64,000 bases of DNA from a bacterium (GCA_043815505.1 JBDRIV010000002.1:374943-438942); one strand, 5' to 3'; numbered from the stretch's first letter, positions 1 to 8,465 are shown. Numbers and translations are program-made. The notes: a model not told the origin generated them from the sequence alone.

Positions 1-13
1 CACAAAAGGTCTT

Positions 14-1264
14 ATGAAATCATTCATTAAAAAAATAATTCAAAACATGGCCCGAATGGTAATTAATAAATTCCAGCCGGGCATTGTTGCTATTACTGGA
101 AATGTAGGAAAAACCTCAACCAAAGATGCTATTGCCCTTCTTTTGTCTTCTCGTTATAGAGTAGAAGCAAGTCGAGGAAATTATAATAACGAATTTGGAG
201 TCCCGCTTACAATTTTAGGAAAAGATTCTCCTGGCAGTTCACCACTTGGTTGGTTGCGTGTATTATTGCGAGGTTTGCGACTGGTTTTATGGAGCGATGC
301 TAAATATCCAGAAATCTTGGTTTTGGAATATGCCATCGATCATCCAAAAGATATGGATGTTCTACTTTCAATTGCCAAACCAAATGTGGCTGTAATAACA
401 CCCATTGGTGAAGCACCGTCTCATCTAGAGTTTTTCGACTCACTAAGTGATTTAGTTGCTGAGAAAGTAAAACTTATTAAAGCTTTATCCAAAGATGGTT
501 TAGCGGTACTTTCTGCAGATGATAAAAATGTTAAAAGACAACACGGAAAAACTAAGGCCAGAGTTTTAACTTATGGTATGGACAGGGAGGCCAATTTTTA
601 TGCTTCAAACTTTATTGGTGGGGAATCTGAAACAATCACGCTAGGTTTGAATTTCAAGGTGGAATTCTCTGGAAATACTATTCCGGTGAAATTGCCAAAA
701 GTTTTAAGTAAATTTCAAGCTGTAGCAGTAGCTGCCGCTCTGGCTGTTGGCACACATTTCGATATTAATCTGGTTGAATCAAGCAAGTTTCTAGAAAGTT
801 TCACACCACCAAAAGGCAGAATGAATGTTTTGCCAGGAATAAAAGGAACTACTATAATAGATGATTCTTATAATTCTTCTCCAAAAGCTTGTGCGGCGGC
901 TCTAGAAGTTCTGGGCGAGCAAAAGGCAATAAGAAAAATAGCTGTTCTGGGTGACATGAAAGAGTTGGGCGAAAAAACCGAAGAAGCACATGAAGAAATT
1001 GTGAAGATGGCCGAAGGTGTTGCAGATATTGTAATTACCGTTGGAGATTCATCTAAGTTTATTTCCGAGAGTGCAAATCATTTTGATGCTGCCGAAGAGG
1101 CGGGCAGATATTTACAAGATGAAGTAATTAAAGCTGGAGATATAATTTTAGTAAAAGCCTCACAAAGCATTCGTTTAGAAAAAGTTGTGAAGGAATTAAT
1201 GCTTCATCCAGAAAAAGCCAAGGAGCTTTTGGTTAGACAAGGAGAGGAGTGGAATAAAGATTAA
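14..1264 (+). CDS. murF: UDP-N-acetylmuramoyl-tripeptide--D-alanyl-D-alanine ligase (MurF)
   Basis: Mur-ligase P-loop ITGNVGKTSTKD. MurF-type motifs NYNNEFGVPLT and DDSYNSSP. Confidence 0.8.
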   Translation: MKSFIKKIIQNMARMVINKFQPGIVAITGNVGKTSTKDAIALLLSSRYRVEASRGNYNNEFGVPLTILGKDSPGSSPLGWLRVLLRGLRLVLWSDAKYPEILVLEYAIDHPKDMDVLLSIAKPNVAVITPIGEAPSHLEFFDSLSDLVAEKVKLIKALSKDGLAVLSADDKNVKRQHGKTKARVLTYGMDREANFYASNFIGGESETITLGLNFKVEFSGNTIPVKLPKVLSKFQAVAVAAALAVGTHFDINLVESSKFLESFTPPKGRMNVLPGIKGTTIIDDSYNSSPKACAAALEVLGEQKAIRKIAVLGDMKELGEKTEEAHEEIVKMAEGVADIVITVGDSSKFISESANHFDAAEEAGRYLQDEVIKAGDIILVKASQSIRLEKVVKELMLHPEKAKELLVRQGEEWNKD

Positions 1265-1287
1265 AGATAAAAAAATAAAGAGAAAAG

Positions 1288-1316
1288 AAACACCTTGAAA
1301 ATTACAGGTGTTTTGT
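1288..1316 (+). terminator. Rho-independent terminator after murF
   Basis: Hairpin aaacacct/aggtgttt followed by TTTT. Confidence 0.45.
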
Positions 1317-1411
1317 TATAGTAGCAGAACTGACTTAGGGCTTATAGCTTATGGCGAATAGCACAAGGAAAAACTGCTATTAGCAATATGCTATTTGCTA
1401 TTTGCAAACTT

Positions 1412-1446
1412 GGCCTCGTCGTCTAGTGGCTAGGACATCAGATTGT
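1412..1446 (+). pseudogene. Truncated tRNA 5' half (acceptor 5' strand, D-arm and start of anticodon arm) duplicated just upstream of tRNA-Glu
   Basis: GGCCTCGTCGTCTAGTGGCTAGGACATCAGATTGTG shares an identical 18-mer (TCGTCTAGTGGCTAGGAC) with the D-arm of the downstream tRNA. No matching 3' half was found. Confidence 0.5.
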
Positions 1447-1518
1447 GCCGCGTTCGTCTAGTGGCTAGGACGCCGCCCTCTCATGGCGGTAACACGGGTT
1501 CGACTCCCGTACGCGGTA
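1447..1518 (+). tRNA. tRNA-Glu (anticodon CUC)
   Basis: Cloverleaf by eye: acceptor GCCGCGT/ACGCGGT (first pair G-U), D-arm GTCTAGTGGCTAGGAC, anticodon stem CCGCC/GGCGG with loop CTCTCAT, T-arm ACGGG-TTCGACT-CCCGT. Close to E. coli tRNA-Glu. No encoded CCA. Confidence 0.75.
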
Positions 1519-1593
1519 GATTGACAGGGGTTCCCAGCCAAAGGCTGGTCACCCTTCGGGTGAAATTCCCCTTGGGGCTATATAAATAATACA

Positions 1594-2118
1594 ATGTCAA
1601 AACCATTGAATATAAAATTTGAAAAAGCTGTTCGGTTTTTAGCAGAACACTTTCCTGTTTCTGATGAATCGAGTAGGAAACCTGTTTTGTTTCACGATAT
1701 AAGAGTTGGAGTATATTTATATGAAAATGGATATTCAGAAGAAATAGTTTTAGCTGGACTCTTACACGATGCAATTGAATGGTCAGATGTGACTGAAGAA
1801 ATGTTGCGTAAAGAATTTGGAGACAGGGTATTAAAATTGGTTCTAGCTAACACAAAAGATGATTGTATTGAAGATAAAGTAGAAAAAACAGATGAACTTA
1901 TAAAACGTTGTGTAAAAAATGGACAAGATGCTTTGATTGTAAAAACAGTCGATATAATTGATAGTTTCAAATGGTACGAAAGTCAGGATAATAAAGAAGA
2001 ACTGAATTATTGTATGCGAAATGCCAATGCCATTATGAAATTAAAACCAGAAGATTTTGACGATAAGATATTTGAAAAATTAAAAAAGTGGCAAGATAAG
2101 TATTCATCATCTAATTAA
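1594..2118 (+). CDS. HD-domain phosphohydrolase, RelA/SpoT-type (small alarmone hydrolase / Mesh1-like)
   Basis: HDIRVG...LAGLLHDAIEW...FGDRVLKLV matches the SpoT hydrolase HD signature. Confidence 0.65.
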   Translation: MSKPLNIKFEKAVRFLAEHFPVSDESSRKPVLFHDIRVGVYLYENGYSEEIVLAGLLHDAIEWSDVTEEMLRKEFGDRVLKLVLANTKDDCIEDKVEKTDELIKRCVKNGQDALIVKTVDIIDSFKWYESQDNKEELNYCMRNANAIMKLKPEDFDDKIFEKLKKWQDKYSSSN

Positions 2119-2232
2119 TAATTCACATATTATGGGAAGTTTTATAGAACTAAATGATACTTTGCAAATTGAAACATCGTTATCAAATTTACATAGCCTA
2201 ACAACGTGTGTGAATCTCAAGATTAAAATACA

Positions 2233-2676
2233 ATGACTAGAAAAACAATACCCAAGGATATACAGCTTAAAATATGGTTTCGCGATAAATGGTCATGCAA
2301 ATATTGTGGTGAGCCAGTATTTTTTGCACCAACTTTAAAATTATTAAACGAATTAAGTCCAAAACACGGATACTATCATCCGAATGGTAAAACTGATAAT
2401 ATGCTCTCCCTTTTTCAATGGCACTGGTCAAGTGTTGATCATGTTAAGCCATATTCAAAAGGTGGCGAAGATAATATAAATAACTATGTAACTGCGTGCT
2501 GGAGTTGTAATCTACAACTTAAGGATAAATCTCATGATCAAGGGAAACCACAACCAGATCTAACTAATAAAAATGCTCAAGTAGTAGATTGGGATGGATT
2601 ATCTTCTTTGTATTTAAAGTTGGGACAGAAACATGATGAGTGGACTAAACTCTTGCTAACATATTTTAATTTGTAA
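2233..2676 (+). CDS. HNH endonuclease domain protein
   Basis: CKYCGEP ... SVDHVKPYSKGGEDNINNYVTACWSCN = Cys4 plus the H-N-H motif. Confidence 0.65.
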   Translation: MTRKTIPKDIQLKIWFRDKWSCKYCGEPVFFAPTLKLLNELSPKHGYYHPNGKTDNMLSLFQWHWSSVDHVKPYSKGGEDNINNYVTACWSCNLQLKDKSHDQGKPQPDLTNKNAQVVDWDGLSSLYLKLGQKHDEWTKLLLTYFNL

Positions 2677-2920
2677 ACAAGCCTAACACTAGAATTTATC
2701 ACATACCTCCAACCAGATGTTTTTTAGTTCACAACATTGATGGCAAATGGTTGTATTGGGGAAAAATAATGATGCTTGAGCAGACAATTCATGGAGAAGA
2801 AAAACAGACAACTTCTGGCAAATATAAAATAATAAAGATTTATAATCCCGATTATCAAGAACAAATTACCAAACACGAATCTTCTGAAGGAAAAAGTTAT
2901 TTATAATTTCCGTTTATCAC

Positions 2921-2986
2921 CATCAATTGAACCGGATCAGTTAGTTCACGAATAGCATCGTTTGCAATCCATTTGGTAGCAGGGGA
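2921..2986 (-). repeat. att-like direct repeat copy A (displaced duplicate of the alkD-like gene 3' end)
   Basis: ~88% identical to 5715-5780. Minus-strand translation gives KWIANDAIRELTDPVQLM, then diverges and stops. Confidence 0.7.
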
Positions 2987-2995
2987 TAGAAGTTT

Positions 2996-3808
2996 TCAAT
3001 ATGGACTTTTAATATTTCTAATTTTAGGATTTGTAACCTGAGTATAAATTTGCGTGGTGCGAATGTTAGCATGACCGAGTAATTCTTGCACATAGCGAAC
3101 ATCAGTGCCGTTTTCCAACAGGTGAGTGGCGAAGCTGTGGCGCAAGGAATGAAAAGTCGCCGGCTTTTTTATATCGGTGCGTGTTAAGCTTTGGCGGAAC
3201 ATTTTTTGCAGGGAAGTGGTAGTCAGTTTGCCACCACGATTAGATGCAAAGACAAATTCATTTGCCTTTCTACCAGCAATCAAGTTGCGTAAATCGTTTT
3301 GTAATTTTTGTGGCAGAACACTGATTCTGTCTTTTTTACCCTTTGCTTCTTTTAGGTGAACAATAAGTTCATTAATATCTAAATCAGCAACTCTAAGATC
3401 AACCACTTCACTAACTCTAAGTCCGCATGCGTAACCTAAAGAGATCATTAATCTGTACTTTGGATTGGTGGTAGCTAAAATAATCTTGTGGATTTCGGAT
3501 CGCGATAAAACAATCGGCAATTTTTTACTTCTTTTGGCAAATTTCAAATCTATTGATTGCGGGCTTCTTAGCACTTCTGCATAGAAGAATTTAATGGCAT
3601 TCAAAGCCAGATTGATTGTTTGTGGTGATTGACCTCGTTTGTGTTTATGAAGTAGAAATTCTTCAATTGCTTTTTGTTTATTTTTAATACCACGCTTCCT
3701 TGAGAATATGATATACTGTTTTATGTAAAGCAAATACGCCTTTTGCGTTTTAAGGCTATAGTTGCGAAGTTTAAGAATATTGGCAGTTTTTTTCAAAATG
3801 TTTTGCAT
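2996..3808 (-). CDS. Tyrosine recombinase / phage-type integrase (XerC/D family)
   Basis: C-terminal catalytic box LRHSFATHLLENGTDVRYVQELLGHANIRTTQIYTQV (R...HxxR...Y). Confidence 0.9.
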   Translation of the reverse strand: MQNILKKTANILKLRNYSLKTQKAYLLYIKQYIIFSRKRGIKNKQKAIEEFLLHKHKRGQSPQTINLALNAIKFFYAEVLRSPQSIDLKFAKRSKKLPIVLSRSEIHKIILATTNPKYRLMISLGYACGLRVSEVVDLRVADLDINELIVHLKEAKGKKDRISVLPQKLQNDLRNLIAGRKANEFVFASNRGGKLTTTSLQKMFRQSLTRTDIKKPATFHSLRHSFATHLLENGTDVRYVQELLGHANIRTTQIYTQVTNPKIRNIKSPY

Positions 3809-3944
3809 GAAAGTAATCTATCATAAGTTTGCATAACATACAAGATATTGATAAAATTATTAATATGGTTTTCATAAAAACCAGTTAAGTGAAATAGAAA
3901 ACATTTTTAATGTATATTGTATTTACCATTTTTAAGATGACAAA

Positions 3945-4571
3945 ATGGAGAGCCTAATACTAATCAGCACAATTTTGGCCATTCATGTATTTGCATGGTT
4001 TACACCAGGTCCGCTTTTTGTGCTTATCATAAGAAATTCGCTTGTGTATTCGCGCAAGTCTGGAATGTGGACAGCGGTCGGAATCGCAATAGGTAATGCA
4101 ATCCACATTACTTACTCGGTCACAGGACTTGCGCTCATAATTTCAGCATCACCAGTAGCTTTTAACATAATCAAATTTCTAGGTGTTGGCTATCTGGCTT
4201 ATCTTGGAATTAAGACATTTCTCATTAAAGTGGACGCACAAAAAACGGACTCAACATCAGAGAAACACAAAGACCTTATTCCATTTCAAGCGGCCAAAAT
4301 TGGCTTCTTAACCAACATTTTAAGCCCTAAAGCATCATTGTTCTTTGCAAGTATATTCGCAACAGTAATGGCGTCCGGCTCTCCATTTTGGGTTGTAATA
4401 TTTTTGTGGGTCGCTATGCCACTAAATTCGTTTGTCATGGCTTTTATTCTTTCAGTATTTTTTACCCAAAAGAAAGTCAGAAATGTTTATGCAAATTATC
4501 AGCCAACAGTGAACAAATTACTTGGGACAGCATTGATTGTACTCGCAATAATTGTCGCGACCCACAAATAA
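3945..4571 (+). CDS. LysE/RhtB-family amino-acid exporter
   Basis: ~200 aa, 6-TM profile, N-terminal FTPGPLFVLII motif typical of LysE-type translocators. Confidence 0.7.
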   Translation: MESLILISTILAIHVFAWFTPGPLFVLIIRNSLVYSRKSGMWTAVGIAIGNAIHITYSVTGLALIISASPVAFNIIKFLGVGYLAYLGIKTFLIKVDAQKTDSTSEKHKDLIPFQAAKIGFLTNILSPKASLFFASIFATVMASGSPFWVVIFLWVAMPLNSFVMAFILSVFFTQKKVRNVYANYQPTVNKLLGTALIVLAIIVATHK

Positions 4572-4599
4572 AAATGGTAAATGATTTTATGATAAAAAT

Positions 4600-4875
4600 G
4601 TTTTCTGCTCTGCGCTCCCTACGGTCGCTTGCCACGCTGCGCTCTCGCTCCACTGCGTTTCGCTCGGGTCACTTAACAAGGGATATACGAGAAATGGCTC
4701 GGCTCGCCATTTCTCCAAATTTTGCTCCTACGTCGCAAAACTTCGTATATCCCTAACGTTATCGGAAATAGCGACTATATGTTTTGACATTTTCAGGTTT
4801 AGTGCAATAAAAAAGAACAGTGATATTCTGTTCGTAAAATTATATAGTCCGTCGCTACATCCGATAACACTGTGT
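4600..4875. repeat. GC-rich non-coding region with nested inverted repeats
   Basis: Four inverted-repeat pairs: gggatatacga/tcgtatatccc (4678/4744), aaatggc/gccattt, gttatcggaaatagcgac/gtcgctacatccgataac (4758/4851), gaacag/ctgttc. Local GC is above the genome background. Confidence 0.5.
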
Positions 4876-4939
4876 ATCTGGTTCCGTAAAAGAGAAAAAT
4901 AAAATAATTTTTTATTTTAAAAAGCCCTTTTTCAATTTT

Positions 4940-4975
4940 TTAAAAAATACCCCGAGCGATAATTCAACTCGGGGC
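4940..4975 (-). terminator. Rho-independent terminator for the minus-strand ORF 5000-5359
   Basis: ccccgag/ctcgggg hairpin followed by a T-run on the minus strand. Confidence 0.5.
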
Positions 4976-4999
4976 ATACTGCTGAAAGGCCGTATGAGG

Positions 5000-5359
5000 T
5001 TAGATTGTTTCGAGGAAATCCTCAATCTTCTTCTCATATTCAGCCAGCTTGTCCTGGGCGTCCTTGAGTGCTCTGGTTTTCTCGGTCACAGCATCCTCAA
5101 GACCACGCTTGCGTTTTTTGAAGTAGTCCTGCACTTTGTCCAGAGTGCAGATACTCATTTCACTCCGGCAGCTTTTGTCCGAACCAGGAGAATCGTTCAT
5201 TTTAAGCCGGTCCGTCTCCTTGAAATCATCAAGGCTGCGCACCCTGAACCATTCGTCTTCAACTGTCGTAACAATGGCAGGACACGACCATGTATTCATG
5301 TAGCGCTCGGCCGACCACCATACCAGCAATCCTGGCTTCATATCTTCCTTGTTTATCAT
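5000..5359 (-). CDS. Hypothetical protein (N-terminal SH3/Tudor-like segment, C-terminal coiled coil), probably foreign
   Basis: ~48% GC. Strong SD (aaGGAGGaagcaATG). Own terminator. No recognisable motif. Confidence 0.5.
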   Translation of the reverse strand: MINKEDMKPGLLVWWSAERYMNTWSCPAIVTTVEDEWFRVRSLDDFKETDRLKMNDSPGSDKSCRSEMSICTLDKVQDYFKKRKRGLEDAVTEKTRALKDAQDKLAEYEKKIEDFLETI

Positions 5360-5666
5360 TGCTTCCTCCTTGGCTAAGGTTTGATTTCATCAGCATCTTT
5401 ACTGACCTAATAGTATAGTAGGCTTTCCTTCTCCTGTCAATGCAACCGATTTCAAAAAATTGAAAAAGGGCTTAAATTAAGGTAAATTATTTCATTTTTC
5501 TCTTTTACTCCACCCAAATTGCGCTGTGATTAAATAAAATTAAGTGATATAATCAAGGTACGTGAAGTTTTGAAGTTTTAATCAATAAACACGGACGCAA
5601 CTTCAGATACACAGAAACGTTATGCGGACATCGCTTCGCAATTAGATAATTGCAAAAAATAGCGTT

Positions 5667-6407
5667 TTAAAACACCCTCAGTGAGGATGAATTAGAATTT
5701 TTATTTCTAATCCTCATCAATTGCACGGGGTCAGTTAATTCACGGATGGCATCGTTTGCAATCCATTTGGCGGCAGGGGAATTAAGTTTTAAGATTTCAC
5801 GAGCGGTTGCAACCGCTTTTTTGTTTAATACCATATTTCTTTTTCCAATCTGACACAAAGCCCAGTTAACAGCTTTTTTCACAAAATTTCTTTCATCGGT
5901 TGAACCGTTTATTATGTAAGGAAAAAATTTAGCTAATTTGGAATCTGAAGCCTTTTTATCGTGAACAGCCAGTGATGCCATTAAAGCAAAACCAGCTCGT
6001 TTTACAAAATCTTTTTTATCTTTACTCCATTCTACAGCTTTTTTATAGGCATAAGGAGTTTTGTCAAAAAGATTCATGCAACACTGATCACATAAATCCC
6101 ATGAATAGAAATCGTTTGCATATTTGTCCATTTCTTTCTCGGTTAGAGTTTTAGGATCGTTAATTAAGCAGGATAGAATTCTGGCCTCATGAACTTTAGT
6201 GTCCCAAAGATTTATAGCCAATTTTGGATTAGTGCCAATTTCTTTACCAAATTTACGAATAATAGGCATCGAAACACCTAGGGCACTTTTTGAATCAATA
6301 CCAAATCGCGCCATACCTTCTCGGTTGCGCTCGGTTCCAAGTTTTTTCAGTTGAGAAATAATTTCTTTTGTATTCATATAAATATTATAGCAATAAAAAA
6401 CTCCCAC
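5667..6407 (-). CDS. DNA alkylation repair protein (AlkC/AlkD-like HEAT-repeat glycosylase family)
   Basis: Helical-repeat protein with W..IANDAIREL C-terminus typical of PF08713-like proteins. Its 3' end carries repeat copy B. Confidence 0.6.
   Translation of the reverse strand: MGVFYCYNIYMNTKEIISQLKKLGTERNREGMARFGIDSKSALGVSMPIIRKFGKEIGTNPKLAINLWDTKVHEARILSCLINDPKTLTEKEMDKYANDFYSWDLCDQCCMNLFDKTPYAYKKAVEWSKDKKDFVKRAGFALMASLAVHDKKASDSKLAKFFPYIINGSTDERNFVKKAVNWALCQIGKRNMVLNKKAVATAREILKLNSPAAKWIANDAIRELTDPVQLMRIRNKNSNSSSLRVF
5715..5780 (-). repeat. att-like direct repeat copy B (inside intact alkD-like 3' end)
   Basis: Pairs with 2921-2986. Confidence 0.7.
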
Positions 6408-6433
6408 TTAAAATGAGAGTTATTTGGATGTAA

Positions 6434-6706
6434 TTATATCCAAGGCATTACATCACCATCTGGGTTTAAACCGCACGATATTAGCCAATCCTTGATTTCA
6501 CCTAAATATTTTGTAGTTTTTGGATCAAGTTGGGTATTCGGACTAAGCTTTTCCAATTCTTCAGGAGGTAGTTCCTGTTTCATAAGATCTAATAAAACCA
6601 TTACGCGATCATAAAGATCTTTGGCGGGAAAATCTGTGCGACCTTGCATAGCAGCTGTAGCAGTAGCATGAAGAACAACGTTTATACAGTCTCGAAAACA
6701 ACTCAT
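6434..6706 (-). CDS. Hypothetical protein
   Basis: ORF only; no recognisable motif. Confidence 0.35.
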   Translation of the reverse strand: MSCFRDCINVVLHATATAAMQGRTDFPAKDLYDRVMVLLDLMKQELPPEELEKLSPNTQLDPKTTKYLGEIKDWLISCGLNPDGDVMPWI

Positions 6707-6827
6707 TCTAAGTCCTCCTTAGTAAAATGTTATTATGTAAAGAACAGTTAAACAGCTGTTAAATCTATATTGTTTTAACAATATTGTCAATTAATACTGA
6801 TTTCAGAACAGCATTTTATATTTAAAA

Positions 6828-8462
6828 TTACAATTCTTTTGTCATATAAGTTCCTTCAAGTTTATAACCTAATTTGTTTTTATAGTATTCACGAACTCCA
6901 ATACCAGAAATCACCGCCATTTTTTTAATACCTTCTTTCTTAGCAATAACTTCACTTTTCTGCATTAATTTTAGACCAAGTCCTCGGTGTTGAATTCTCT
7001 TACTCTTTTTATCATCATGACGGATGACTTGCCCATAAACATGAAGTTCCCGCAGAAGAGCGGCGTCTTGTATTTCAGGAAACAATGGTTTATTTCGCTT
7101 AGAATTCAAACGCAGACGAGCAAAACCAAATATTATTGAACGGTCTATTGATTCATAAGAAATGAAATACTCTTTACCACGACCAGCAGAATATTTTTGT
7201 ACAAATAGTTTTGCTTTATTGGTATTACTTGTTCTGTTGGTTGCTTCTCGGCAACGAATACATTTACATTTTACATTTTCTTTTTTCATTTTTTGCTGAA
7301 GCATTTCTCGCAAATTTGTTATATTATTTCCCGCGCTAATACTTTCCATGGGAAAATCGCGAATCAATCTATTGATCCGACAATAATAGGGAACGAGCTT
7401 TTTTAACTCTATTAGCAAATCAAACAGCTTACCATGAGAGTAAGGTTTATATTTACCAGATTTCCAAAGCTTATAAAGCGGAGCATATTTATTTACAATA
7501 GTGGGATAGATTTTTAATTGATCAGGTTTGAATTCAGCATCCGAAAATATGCGCTGGATAGTCTGCTGATCAATTTTAGGAGTAGAGCCAGGCAGATTTT
7601 GCATAACATGATAATCTATTTTAAATCCATTTTCTCTTAAGCGGCGGGTAGCAGTTATAGAGTCTTCAATGGTATGACCGCGTTTTATGTTTTTCAAAAT
7701 TTTATCATCAAGTACCTGAATTCCTAATTGCATACGAGTACAACCAACCTTTCTTAAGTGTTGAATTTCTTCTTCTGTAACCCAATCGGGACGAGTTTCT
7801 AAAGTGATACCAATAATTCGATACGCAGCAGTTTCATTTATTTTTTGCGCTTGTTGTAAATTAGCGGAACGACATTTTTTAGGAATAGGTTTGCGAGCAT
7901 ATTTGTAGGGAAAATAATTGGCTGCCTCAAAACATCTTTTAATGAACCACTCTCGGTAATCTTTAGGATAAGCTGACCAGGTTCCACCAAGAACTAAAAG
8001 TTCAATTTTATCAGGCTGATGCCCGTTTTGTAAAAGCGCTCGCAAACGATTATGGGTCATTAAGTAGGGATCGAATTTATTAGCCACCGCTCGCATTGCT
8101 CCTGGTTCAGTTGATAAATAACTCTTAGGCATTCCAGGTTCATTTGGACAGTAAATACAATTACCGGGACAAGGATAGGGCTTGGTAAGAACTGTAACTG
8201 GAGTTACGCCCGAGAGCGTTCTAATTGGTCTAATTTTAAGCAGTCTGGTCACAATTTGATCCTCTGCAATTTCTTTTCTTTTAATCATTGTTTGATATAC
8301 TGACCTTAGTTTAGTTTTGGGTTGAGCAAACAATCCAAAATTCCCCGCGGTGCAGCGGTTGATAAACATGAATTCATTATCTGTATTTGGCTGGCTGTTA
8401 ACTAATTCTTTAATTATTTCAGCCAGAACTTTGTTTTCCTTAGAAGATATTTTAGATTTCAT
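6828..8462 (-). CDS. Elp3-like tRNA uridine(34) acetyltransferase (radical SAM + C-terminal GNAT)
   Basis: Radical-SAM CPGNCIYCPNEPG..SYLSTEPGAMRA (CxxxCxxC, Elp3-like). GNAT region with GLGLKLM at the C-terminus. Confidence 0.8.
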   Translation of the reverse strand: MKSKISSKENKVLAEIIKELVNSQPNTDNEFMFINRCTAGNFGLFAQPKTKLRSVYQTMIKRKEIAEDQIVTRLLKIRPIRTLSGVTPVTVLTKPYPCPGNCIYCPNEPGMPKSYLSTEPGAMRAVANKFDPYLMTHNRLRALLQNGHQPDKIELLVLGGTWSAYPKDYREWFIKRCFEAANYFPYKYARKPIPKKCRSANLQQAQKINETAAYRIIGITLETRPDWVTEEEIQHLRKVGCTRMQLGIQVLDDKILKNIKRGHTIEDSITATRRLRENGFKIDYHVMQNLPGSTPKIDQQTIQRIFSDAEFKPDQLKIYPTIVNKYAPLYKLWKSGKYKPYSHGKLFDLLIELKKLVPYYCRINRLIRDFPMESISAGNNITNLREMLQQKMKKENVKCKCIRCREATNRTSNTNKAKLFVQKYSAGRGKEYFISYESIDRSIIFGFARLRLNSKRNKPLFPEIQDAALLRELHVYGQVIRHDDKKSKRIQHRGLGLKLMQKSEVIAKKEGIKKMAVISGIGVREYYKNKLGYKLEGTYMTKEL

Positions 8463-8465
8463 TTA

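Larger units (their letters stand above)
2921..5780. mobile_element. Small integrative element (integrase + cargo) inserted in the 3' end of the alkD-like gene
   Basis: Direct repeats flank the region. A tyrosine recombinase gene ends exactly at the repeat edge. Cargo includes a 48%-GC ORF in a ~33%-GC background. Confidence 0.6.

Noticed and set aside
1481-1970. Minus-strand ORFs 1481-1774 and 1692-1970
   Set aside because: They overlap the tRNA-Glu gene and the well-supported plus-strand HD hydrolase gene. They are low-complexity antisense translations, taken as spurious.
4388-4756. Plus-strand ORF 4388-4756 (122 aa)
   Set aside because: It is out of frame over the 3' third of the LysE gene. 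It then runs through the CGCT-rich/inverted-repeat block, giving repetitive ALRSLRSL.. sequence. This is better explained as non-coding structured DNA.
4994-5377. Plus-strand ORF 4994-5377 antisense to the 5000-5359 gene
   Set aside because: Only the minus-strand frame has an SD, a terminator and a plausible protein-like sequence. The plus frame is taken as the antisense shadow of a GC-rich gene.
5644-5661. Identical 18-mer GATAATTGCAAAAAATAG at 5644 and 52972
   Set aside because: Given ~67% A+T, about one such chance 18-mer match is expected in 64 kb on two strands. There is no flanking similarity.
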